NCBI GenBank assembly: GCA_032718475.1
Contig: JAUCBJ010001633.1
Location: forward strand, 1-33,834
Direction: 5' to 3'
DNA length: 33,834 nt
Source: Nemertoderma westbladi
Taxonomy: Eukaryota; Animalia; Xenacoelomorpha
Of this stretch, positions 1 through 10,706 are shown piece by piece (within the stretch, counting starts at the first letter, position 1; the number at the start of each line of letters is the position of its first letter). A model generated the notes under the pieces. It ran no database searches and was not told the DNA's origin. It saw nothing but the letters and a program-made list of their open reading frames with translations. Made by a program: the position numbers and the translations under genes.

Positions 1-379
1 CGATCCTAGAGTAAACCTACGATCAGAGTCCCGGAATACTCGGTCAAACCTCCTCATTCCTTAGTTGGACCTCAGACCTGCGATCCTGGTGGTGTCGCGG
101 ATCCTCGCGGACGGTATTCACTGTTCAAAGATCTAGTGCTACCCTAACAATTAATCGGTAACACTCCGACAGTGATTTCTAGCTAGCCGCCCATCTTACC
201 TAGCCGGATTGTGACGCGGACACCTAATATCACTATCCAACCGTATGGTCGTCCCCGTTTAACGCGATACAACCCCTCATCAAGGTGAAGGAGAGCTTTG
301 TACGAAACGAGTTAAACGCTATTCTATAAAGATCAAAAGAGAAACCTGCGTTTGTTCAGATAAACGTAAGTTATAACAG

Positions 380-708
380 TAAGTCCAGTCGATAAACGAA
401 TTGGCCTTATCTCAATTCGATTGGGAAATCCAGAATCTCTAAGAAGTTATCGAACTTGGACGATACTATTCTCTGCGAGAGTTTTTGGATGAACGTATCC
501 AGCTACGAGCGGAGGAAAATCAGCTCGAGGAGAAGCATATCGAAACGGCAGATACCTCGACCATAAACCTACACCTTCTGATGCAATCATATTGCACCCT
601 TCACCCAGGAGTTATGGCCCTCCTAGTAAAGTGGCTCCCCCCAAAGAGAAAAAGACTCTTGCTAGCCTCAAAAAACTGCGTAAACGCCGTCTGCGTAAGA
701 AAGACTAA
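380..708 (+). pseudogene. Degenerate coding remnant of unknown origin, probably TE-derived, with a coiled-coil-like stretch and a basic tail
   Basis: Broken frames read ...FDWEIQNL*EVIELGRYYSLREFLDERIQLRAEENQLEEKH..., then in another frame ...PPKEKKTLASLKKLRKRRLRKKD* (TAA 706-708). No family recognised. Confidence 0.25.
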
Positions 709-990
709 CTGTTTAGAGTATCTTTATGTTTTAGAAACTGTGATTTTTATATTTTATAGACTGAAAATCCCATTTTCTGGGAGCGGTGTAAAAGCTTTTA
801 CTGAATTGTCCGGTTATTTTTCCTTATTTTTCCCGTAAAGTACTCTGTAGTTGGTTTACCAGGCATAAAAAGGCCGTGTCCTTGCTGTACTGGTGTTTTA
901 GCGGACATAAAAGCTATTTCTTCTGTATTTGTACTTTAGAGGACATAATCCGTAATTCCGTGACGTAAAAGCTCGATACTCTTGAAAACA

Positions 991-1470
991 GTGTCGCTAC
1001 CATGACGACGGCTAGCAGCTGATATTGCCACGTCGACGTTTCTTTGTTTCTCTGTTCTCTCGTTGTTCATGTTGACCAATCAGAGCGTTTGTGATCTCTG
1101 TGTTGGAGGTATATACAGAAACTCAGTAGTTCAGTGTTATGTTTTTGTCCAGAGCCTAAGAACCGGCTTTGGCACCTCCGTGTTTTAGTTTTTAGTCTTA
1201 CACTAGTAGGTTTAATTATAAAGGGCATATATCCTTTAACGCACCTACCTGACTCATGGAATCACTGCATACTGATGACTGATGTCTGCATACTGCAGTA
1301 CTGCATACACTGCATACTGTGTAACATTGTGCATACCTTTATATTGTTATACTGCTATTTACCGTCAGTTCTTCATAATATGGTTGATGAATAATTATAT
1401 TTGGAATAACGATAAACAACCCCGAAACCCAATGTTCTTGATATACCGAAGGTAAGAGAGAAGGGTTACA
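991..1470 (+). promoter_or_regulatory. LTR-like segment (CCAAT box, TATA-like box, GTTACA end)
   Basis: CCAAT at 1076-1080, TATATA at 1110-1115, short CTGCATAC repeats at ~1265-1320, ends GGGTTACA at 1470 like many LTR 3' termini. No matching 5' terminus, PBS or TSD found. Confidence 0.25.
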
Positions 1471-1804
1471 GATAAACGATTGTGACTTATGTTAAAGTGG
1501 TTTGAAGTGAATCTAATGTTATTTGATAGACCCTACATGAGCCAGTCTGTGTTCCTTATATATGTGACTAAAATCAGTGAAGATCGGCAGATTAGTGTGC
1601 AGTATTGTGCAGCATTGTGTATGAGTGAGTCTGTTAAAGAAGCATTCCTAAAGAATGCGCCATATATGTGAATTATAATTAAGCCATATCGTTGTGAGTG
1701 GTTTAAGTCATAACTCTGTTTATATAGATAAAGCGCCACGTCCTAAAGGAACTGTTAATATTCCCGAAGGTGAATAATATTGTCAGAGATTATATAATAC
1801 TGTC

Positions 1805-2470
1805 AGTCGAATAATACATTAGGCTTACATAGCAATAAAATTAAACCGTCGAACCCAATCTCCCGGGAATCTCCAGCGGGTGAATGGTCGCGCACGGATT
1901 GGTTTCGACTAGTGTAGTGAATCAAATACTTGTCATAGACTAAAAACTGATTTAATATCTAGAAGACATCTTAATTTGGTGGGTTAAACTGCCAAAGGTC
2001 TGAAAGCGCGAACAGTTTCCTTGGCCACCAAAGTCGGATATCTGCCCTGAAAAATGGGCGTAACATAGGCCCTTCTTACTATGTTACCGAGCACCTTACT
2101 GCTCACCGAGCGGCACTATTGCGCAAGATAAATGATCGAAAGCGGAACCTTTTGGTATTTTCCGTGCGCGTTTTCAACGGCGATATTTACGCTAAACGTT
2201 TTAGTACAGACCAATCTCGGAAGATATGTGACGAACACGATATTGACGATCTCCTTAAGTAAGGTACCGCTACCGGTACCAAACACTGGAGGACCACGCG
2301 TAGATCCCGCCCACTTGGGAAGTCGACCAAAGTCGGGAAATAAAAACGCTACCAACGGCGTTCCGGGTCGGTATCCCGATGACCGCCGAAACGGTGTCTC
2401 TACCCGATCCAAAGACCGCACTGCTTCCCCTTCTACTGGAAACCTGTACAATGTCCTTGGCAGTGAGTGA
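1805..2470 (+). pseudogene. LINE ORF1 C-terminal region (L1-like RRM/CTD, FP25K-like), frameshifted
   Basis: Not in the ORF track. Frame 1981-2262 reads GLNCQRSESANSFLGHQSRISALKNGRNIGPSYYVTEHLTAHRAALLRKINDRKRNLLVFSVRVFNGDIYAKRFSTDQSRKICDEHDIDDLLK*, matching the (Y/F)INEHLT...NG.I...I....DL pattern of CR1-type ORF1. TCHRL lies upstream in a shifted frame. A disordered tail continues in the 2132-2470 frame. Confidence 0.7.
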
Positions 2471-3043
2471 ACTCCCTTCGAAGATTCGCTGATCGTTATC
2501 GATGAACAAAACTTACAGTTTTACATATATAGGCCTATATATTTATCTTTTATGGAAGAACGATAATACTAATAGATACACCTGGTTTTCTTTTTTCTGT
2601 TTATATTTAGTAATTCTACTAAATGAAGATTAATGTCAGAATTAAAATTTGTCGCTAAAGGTTTTCTTAGATTACTGTAGGTGAATCACTTCTTTCGCAA
2701 GTATGTGTATCTGTAAAGATAGGAGTCTAACGTATCTGTGTATGATTTAATCCTGAAACATTATTTTTCCTTGTAAATTTAACTTAATTATTTTTTTTTT
2801 AATATTTGATTCCATTCATCTGACGAGAAGGATGTACATTAATTACGTGCTGATTCAAAGATTTAATTTGACTTTAAGAAAGTCATATTATTTTTTTTTT
2901 GTATAGGGGCCGGCAAATAGTTGTGTTATTGTGTTGCAATTAAGCACAACGTGAGCATTTTATTTAGTAAGTTTCGTAAAATTCGCGTATTTTTATTTCC
3001 GTTTTATACACCCCCCCCCCCCCCTCCCCCACCCCACCTCTCC

Positions 3044-6000
3044 ATGGACTTAGCCAGCCATCCTACATGTGATTTCTGCTTTACGGCATTTTCAATTTCA
3101 GAACTAAGATTTACCTGCAATATCTGTAAGAAACTCTACCACTTAACATGCGGGACCCATCTAGATTCTATTTATATGTCCACCTTTGAAAATGAGATCT
3201 ACTGTACCCTTTGCAATCTTGAAACGTTTCCCCTTTATTTAGTTCCAGACAATGACACTGACATATTTTACAATCGCAATGACGACTGTCTTCTACCAGA
3301 TAATCATACTGATACAAACGCCACTTTTCAACACGTAGACCCTGACCAAAATCTAAACTCAAACAATACGGATGGTGAATATTTCTCTGAACAAAAATTT
3401 AATAACATTCCAAACAATAACTCATCATTCTCAGTATTCCACGTAAACTGTAGGAGCTTAAATAAAAACCTTAATGCAACGACTGCCTACCTTGACTTAC
3501 TAAACAAACAGTTTGACGTACTCACTTTTACGGAAACCTTTCTAACTGATGATACTGACCTTACCACGGTAAACATAACAGGATACTCACAGCCGACTGT
3601 AACTAACCGACAATACGGGAAGCGGGACCGGGGTGGGACGGCTATTTACATCAAACACGGACTAGACTTCACCCAACTTCATAACATTAAAATCGAACAC
3701 TGTGAATCTTCCTGGGTTAGAATTTCTCGATCAAAAAATAAAAAAAATAAAAAACCTTTAATAATAGGCACTATATACCGCCCTGATTCCTGTGACTTCA
3801 GCAGTTTCCTTGAAAATTTTAATAATACTCTCTTCAACTTATCTAATCAAAATGTCGACATCATTTTAACAGGAGATTTTAATATAGACCTACTAAAAAA
3901 TACGAATAACTCTTCTCATTATTTGCAAACACTAGAATCAAACTCTTTTGAACAACTCATTAAGGTACCAACTAGAATCACCCTACATTCCAAAACTCTT
4001 ATTGACCATATAGCAACTAATATACATGATCGAATGTTAACACCGGGTGTATTTTTAACGGAAGTAGGAACATCCGATAATCTATCCTCATTTGTTATAA
4101 TCCAAAATTATACATGTTTTTTCAACCAACCAGACAGACTCTACGTCTTTGACTACTCCAAATTTAACAAAGAAAATTTCTTAAAAGATTTACAAAATCC
4201 AAATGCCTGGACGTACAAAAATAAGAGTATTACCGCTGAAAATAAATTTAATGAATTCTATAAAAATTTTGAGAAAATTGCAAACACCCACCTTCCAAAA
4301 AAAGAATTAAAAATAAAGAAATACCCAAAAAACCATGGATGACTAATGGCCTAATAAAATCAACATTAATTAAAAACAAAATGTTTGCGGCGATATCAAA
4401 AAATATGACGGATAATAAACTAGATGAATACAAAAAATATCGTAATAAACTTACTAAACTCTTAAGAGTAGCTGAAAATTTATACTTTAAAAAACAATTC
4501 GAAAAAAATAAAAATAATACACGGAAAACATGGCAAACGATAAATACGGCTTTAAAAAAACAAAAATAAAATCATCACCAAAAAAAATTACTGTATCTAA
4601 AAATGGAAACGAGATTGAAATTACGGACCCAGAGGAGATTTGCAGTGTTTTTAACAACCATTTTGCGATTGGTCCACGACTAGCTCAAAGCATACCAACT
4701 TCAAACAGAAACCCCACACGCTTTATTAATCACCGTAAACCGAACTCCTTCAGTCTCATTGAAACTTCTAACACAGAAACTATTTATAACATTCTGGATC
4801 TCAACAACTCCTGCTCTACAAACGACAGTTTCCCTATAAAAATAGTAAAGTTAGCTGCATATGACATCGCCCCTCACCTCACTTACTTAATTAATCTTTC
4901 CATCAAAAACGGTTTTTTCCCTTCTAATCTTAAGCAAGCAAAAATTACCCCTATCTTTAAGTCTGGCGACCCTACTGATAAAAATAACTACAGGCCAATC
5001 TCAATACTACCGCTATTTAGTAAACTATTTGAACGCGTCATAAATTCACAATTACTATCTTATTTGAACAAATACTCCATATTATCTGACTGCCAATACG
5101 GATTCCGAACGCACTCTACAACCACAGACGCCATACTCACAGTTACTGAAAGATTACAACAAATATTAGACTCCAAAGAATCAGCATGCCTAATTTCATT
5201 AGATCTTAAAAAGGCCTTCGACACTCTACAACATAAAATACTTCTCAATAAGCTAGAATGCTACGGTATACGGGGTACCCCCCACAAATTAATAACCAGC
5301 TTCTTAAACAACCGCACACACTCCGTTACTATAGGCAACACCCAATCAGAACCAATACAGGCTCCCTGTGGAACCCCACAGGGAGCAATACTAAGTGCCA
5401 CCTTATTCCTACTTTACATTAACGACTTACCCAACTGTACAACACTACTAGCAACCCTATTCGCAGACGACACTAACCTACTTCACAGCCATCAAGACCC
5501 GACGATACTGACTGACACTGTTAACACTGAACTGCAAAATATTGAACATTGGCTTACTGACAACCAACTCTCTCTAAATCTAAATGTACTAAAAAAAATT
5601 TCAAAATCTATAGGTATTTTCTTTAAATTACGACACACCCTACCGTTAAATATTCTAAAATTACTTTACTATGCACTGATCCAACCATATATTACGTACG
5701 GAATAGTGATCTGGGGAACTGCTAAACATGTTCACATTAACCCGATTAAAATTAAAATAAACAAATTAATTAGAGCAATTACCTTCAGTCACTACCGGAA
5801 ACATGCGGCACCACTATACAAACAATTAAATATACTACCTATAGACAAACTACACAATACTTGAAACATCCAAATTAATGTGGGAAATACAAATAACAAA
5901 AAACGATCTTTTATCACTTCATTGTTCCTGCAAACATCCGCTTTACATACCTATAATACACGGCACGCCAAAACTTCTGCATACCACGGACCCGACTATC

Positions 6001-6135
6001 TCTAACACAAAATTCACTAAAATATCACGGTGCCATTGTCTGGAACGCACTAGACACCGACTTAAAAACAAAGCAAATCTAAAAAAAACACTAGGTAAGA
6101 AACTAAAAAACAAATTAGTTAACGATCTTCAGTAA
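3044..6135 (+). pseudogene. LINE ORF2: PHD finger + APE endonuclease + reverse transcriptase (frameshifted, internal deletion)
   Basis: ATG at 3044. C4HC3 PHD (CDFC..CNIC..H..C..CTLC). APE motifs HVNCRSL, TETFL, GGTAIYIK, IYRP, GDFNID, TLIDHI. RT motifs NYRPISIL, QYGFR, DLKKAFDT, GTPQGAILS, LFADDT. C-terminal HTYNTR and GAIVWNAL. Frameshifts at ~4340, ~4565 and after ~5855. Confidence 0.93.
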
Positions 6136-6172
6136 AAACAACAACATGTACCCTAATATGTATAAATACAAG

Positions 6173-7056
6173 CAAAAACCAAACACTACTTCCCGAATAA
6201 TAAGGACAAAAACCAAACACTACTTCCCGAATAATAAAGACAAAAACCAAACACTACTTCCCGAATAATAAGGACAAAAACCAAACACTACTTCCCGAAT
6301 AATAAGGACAAAAACCAAACACTACTTCCCGAATAATAAAGACAAAAACCAAACACTACTTCCCGAATAATAAAGACAAAAACCAAACACTACTTCCCGA
6401 ATAATAAAGACAAAAACCAAACACTACTTCCCGAATAATAAGGACAAAAACCAAACACTACTTCCCGAATAATAAAGACAAAAACCAAACACTACTTCCC
6501 GAATAATAAAGACAAAAACCAAACACTACTTCCCGAATAATAAAGACAAAAACCAAACACTACTTCCCGAATAATAAAGACAAAAACCAAACACTACTTC
6601 CCGAATAATAAGGACAAAAACCAAACACTACTTCCCGAATAATAAAGACAAAAACCAAACACTACTTCCCGAATAATAAAGACAAAAACCAAACACTACT
6701 TCCCGAATAATAAGGACAAAAACCAAACACTACTTCCCGAATAATAAGGACAAAAACCAAACACTACTTCCCGAATAATAAGGACAAAAACCAAACACTA
6801 CTTCCCGAATAATAAGGACAAAAACCAAACACTACTTCCCGAATAATAAAGACAAAAACCAAACACTACTTCCCGAATAATAAAGACAAAAACCAAACAC
6901 TACTTCCCGAATAATAAGGACAAAAACCAAACACTACTTCCCGAATAATAAGGACAAAAACCAAACACTACTTCCCGAATAATAAAGACAAAAACCAAAC
7001 ACTACTTCCCGAATAATAAAGACAAAAACCAAACACTACTTCCCGAATAATAAGGA
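6173..7056. repeat. 34-bp minisatellite, 26 copies (CAAAAACCAAACACTACTTCCCGAATAATAA[A/G]GA)
   Basis: Exact 34-bp period from 6173 to the last unit at 7023. One dimorphic position. No spacers. Confidence 0.98.
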
Positions 7057-7423
7057 CAAAAAACATTTATTTTTTACGGCAGATATCGAAGGTAAATTTT
7101 AGAATACACATGGGCTATGAATGATGCGTATTGACTATTAATATTTGCTGGCTGCGTCTCAAAGTCCCTCGACCCCCCCCCCCCCCCCCCCCCCTTATAT
7201 TGTATGTCTCTCTGTCGGTTGTCTGTCTTACAATTTGACGGACAGGCCGTCATACGGAAAAACAGGGATAACTCGAGAATCATAAGAGGTCTCCGAGGTC
7301 TCGTTAAGCGGTTTAAAGATTTGAAATTCAATAAATTATGCTCTAATTAATAACTAATTATAAACTATGCCATGGAGGATCCTGCATTTTTCGATTAATT
7401 TTTTGATATAGGTTGGTTTCTGT

Positions 7424-7620
7424 GGGTTCGATCCCCTGCGTCTCCATTTGGCAGAGAGTTGTTCATCATAAGTCCAGTTTAAATTACTAAGTTCAGGCCC
7501 AAGGATTATTCTGGATGGGGCTTTCACGCAGCACATTGGCTATGCCTTGCGCAGGGCCCATGTGAAGAATATCAGACTTTATGCCGTTATATTTCACTTT
7601 GTATATTTCACTTTGTGTAA
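7424..7620 (+). mobile_element. tRNA(Ala)-derived SINE-like fragment, 5' half of head missing
   Basis: GGGTTCGATCCCCTGCGTCTCCA (7424-7446) resembles the B-box/T-arm and acceptor 3' strand of eukaryotic tRNA-Ala. Ends in a duplicated short motif (ATATTTCACTTTGT-like, ~7597-7618). Confidence 0.5.
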
Positions 7621-7626
7621 CACTCT

Positions 7627-9627
7627 ATAGTTCTTTTCGGGGAATCTCATTGATCTCGATTGCTGCAAAGCTATACAATAGGATTCTATTAAATCGCATC
7701 AGGGATCCCATTGAGAGACTGCTACGTGGAAATCAGAATAGGTTCCGTAAAGGTCGTGGGACCATGGAGCCCATTTTGGCACTTAGAAGGATAATTGAAG
7801 AATTATCAAAAAAGAAAGACAGGCATCTGGCTGTTATCTTTGTTGACTTCTTCAAGGCCTTTGATTCCGTCTCTCGCTCACGTATGTTCAGCATACTTTC
7901 ATTATATGGGATTCCTGATGAAATTATTGCAGCAATCAGATCAGTATACGATGGTTCGACAACATTTGTGTCTACTGTTGACGGTGACACAGAACCATTT
8001 GAAGTGTTATGGGGCGTCCTCCAAGGACACACACTTGCACCATTCTTGTTCATTATTGTTGTTGACTATGTTCTACGCATGTCCTTAGATCATCATAATG
8101 ATGATGGGGTGATGATAACTCCACCTACTGGCTCCAGAAGTCGAGGAAATCCTGCCAAGTACCTAACTGATCTAGACTTTGCTGATGACTTAGGAGTACT
8201 CTCAGAATCATTAGAGGGAGCCCAACGGCTCCTCAGCTCATTATAACATGCTGCTTCTAGTGTTGGTCTTTTTATTAACTCCAGAAAGACCAAAATTCTG
8301 ACAGTTAACTTTGAAAGTCCTCAGCAAGTCTCTGATCGGATGAGCATAAGCTCAAAGGATGGTATGCTTGAGCATGTGGACGACTTCTGTTACCTGGGAT
8401 CATGGATCCGGAAGTCAGGTGAGGACCTTCGAATACGTAAGGGAAAGGCATGGGCAGCTTCTTCAAGGCCTTTGATTCAGTCTCTCGCTCACGTATGTTC
8501 AGCATACTTTCATTATATGGGATTCCTGATGAAATTATTGCAGCAATCAGATCAGTATACGATGGTTCGACAACATTTGTGTCTACTGTTGACGGTGACA
8601 CATAACCATTTGAAGTGTTATGGGGCGTCCTCCAAGGACACACACTTGCACCATTCTTGTTCATTATTGTTGTTGACTATGTTCTACGCATGTCCTTAGA
8701 TCATCATAATGATGATGGGGTGATGATAACTCCACCTACTGGCTCCAGAAGTCGAGGAAATCCTGCCAAGTACCTAACTGATCTAGACTTTGCTGATGAC
8801 TTAGGAGTACTCTCAGAATCATTAGAGGGAGCCCAACGGCTCCTCAGCTCATTATAACATGCTGCTTCTAGTGTTGGTCTTTTTATTAACTCCAGAATGA
8901 CCAAAATTCTGACAGTTAACTTTGAAAGTCCTCAGCAAGTCTCTGATCGGATGAGCATAAGCTCAAAGGATGGTATGCTTGAGCATGTGGACGACTTCTG
9001 TTACCTGGGATCATGGATCCGGAAGTCAGGTGAGGACCTTCGAATACGTAAGGGAAAGGCATGGGCAGCCTTGAATAGGCTTTCCAGGATTTGGAAGTCA
9101 CCGAGAATTAATCGGAAACTTAAGGTCCGATTATTTAGAGCAGCAGTAGTTCCAGTACTCCTCTACGGGAGTCCATGCTGGGCTCTAACTGCTGAGGACA
9201 CCAAATCTCTGGATGGCACATTCACAAGAATGCTACGCCGGGTTCATTGTGTCAAGTACAATGCACACATATCCAACCAGACACTATATAACATTGGAGG
9301 TGTCTCATTGGTTCCCCCAAGCTTGACACTAGAACAAAATCGCCTCCGCTTTGCAGGACATTGCTTTCGCCGTGAGGACCAGCCAGTACATAATCTTGTA
9401 CTTTGGCAGCCTCATGGAGTGAATAAGCATGGTGGACAGCCCATGACTTTCTTGAGACGCATCTTAAAGGACACTGGCCTTAAAGATGCGGATGATCTAG
9501 CAAATGTCATGGGTGATAGGGAGTTGTGGCGGTGCAATTTTGTTGACAAGCCGGCACAGCATTCTTAAAAATGCAGCTGCAATGCAGCATGCCGATCCTA
9601 GTTGCAGTTACCCCCATGTGAAGAATA
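7627..9627 (+). mobile_element. RTE-clade LINE, 5'-truncated, RT pseudogene
   Basis: FRGISLISIAAKLYNRILLNRI, FVDFFKAFDSV, GVLQGHTLAPFLF, DLDFADD, FCYLGS, LLYGSPCW, RLRFAGHCFR. Premature TAA at 8244-8246 and 8855-8857. ORF ends at 9568. Confidence 0.92.
7847..9068. repeat. 611-bp direct tandem duplication inside the RTE RT domain
   Basis: 7847-8457 vs 8458-9068. I see 3 substitutions (GATTCCGT/GATTCAGT, ACAGAACC/ACATAACC, AGAAAGACC/AGAATGACC). Confidence 0.96.
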
Positions 9628-9761
9628 CCAGGTTTTCACGAGTAACTATAGTATGTCTAGGGTAGTACTTTATAAAAGTTCACAAAAAAGTTCAATTGAA
9701 CAAATATTATTGATTTAATATTTATTATTTATCAATCGCTATTGATAAAATATATTTATCA

Positions 9762-10113
9762 GTTGCTACACAAGACTACTAAGGGCAGCCCTAAACATCA
9801 GCTGGAGACAACACATGACAAACGCCGAGCTTTGTGGTACAGTACTACATGTATCAACCACCCTCCATGAACGCAGATTAAGATTCAGTGGGCACTGCTG
9901 GAGAAGTAAAGGCGAGGTCATACCAGATCTACTTTTCTGACATCCAACTCATGGAAAGCGTAGTCGTGGACGACCGGCCATAACATATATAGATCAACTT
10001 GAAAGGGATACTGAACTTGGGAGAAACGAAATTGCGACAACTATGGAGAATCGGGAAGCCTGGAAGGATCTAATTTCCACTGTCCGAGTTCGCTCGACCT
10101 ACTGTAGTAGTAG
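9762..10113 (+). mobile_element. Short 3' fragment of a second RTE-clade LINE with (TAG)n tail and 9-bp TSD
   Basis: Translates CYTRLLRAALNISWRQHMTNAELC...RRLRFSGHCWR...LLF*HPTHGKRSRGRPAITYIDQL...MENREAW. Tail GTAGTAGTAG. TATTTATCA at 9753-9761 and 10114-10122. Confidence 0.88.
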
Positions 10114-10520
10114 TATTTATCAATAACGAAAAGTATATTTGATGGCTAATACACCAACCACAAAACAAGCACGATGGGTAAACATTATTAGAAAATAATA
10201 TAAACAGTGATTGTACTACATAATTTGAATATTTGTTTCGAATTAATTAAAATGTATAAAAATAGGGCAAAGAAATTTAAAATTAAAATAATTTAATTTT
10301 TAATTAATTTGATTATTGAAAATAATTAGATTTAATTATTTGAATTGAATTCTACGTTTTTTTAAAGAAATCCAGTTCTTAATTACTGTAGGTAGGTACT
10401 CAATTCGATAGTACAGTAGTTTCACCAATATCCTTTTCATATGCTATCAGTAACAATGACTCTAAAGTCTTTCATATACCTGACAGTCTTTCCATCGTGA
10501 CATTTTTTATTGTTTCCTAT

Positions 10521-10693
10521 CCTGTGGGGCGAGCCACGAAGTGAGTGAGCCTTAGCGTAGTGGTACCATTAATCAACCTGTGGGGCGAGCCACGAAGTGA
10601 GTGAGCCTTAGCGTAGTGGTACCATTAATCAACCTGTGGGGCGAGCCACGAAGTGAGTGAGCCTTAGCGTAGTGGTACCATTAATCAACCTGT
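10521..10693. repeat. 56-bp tandem repeat, 3 identical copies
   Basis: CCTGTGGGGCGAGCCACGAAGTGAGTGAGCCTTAGCGTAGTGGTACCATTAATCAA at 10521, 10577 and 10633. Confidence 0.97.
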
Positions 10694-10706
10694 CGTTCTG
10701 TCGTTC

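Larger units (their letters stand above)
1805..6135 (+). mobile_element. CR1/L2-group non-LTR retrotransposon (LINE), decayed, two-ORF structure
   Basis: ORF1 remnant (CHRL, YVTEHLT motifs) followed by ORF2 with PHD finger, APE endonuclease and RT. Multiple frameshifts. The 5' boundary is approximate. Confidence 0.88.

Noticed and set aside
1848-1913. 13-bp inverted repeat followed by CTAG as a Helitron 3' end or ribozyme
   Set aside because: The 36-nt loop and spacing do not fit a Helitron terminus, there is no hammerhead core, and it lies within the decayed LINE ORF1.
6173-7056. CRISPR array
   Set aside because: Units are contiguous with no unique spacers, there are no cas genes, and the context is eukaryotic TEs.
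7424-7446. Functional tRNA gene
   Set aside because: Only the T-arm and 3' acceptor strand are recognisable. No A-box, D-arm or anticodon arm upstream.
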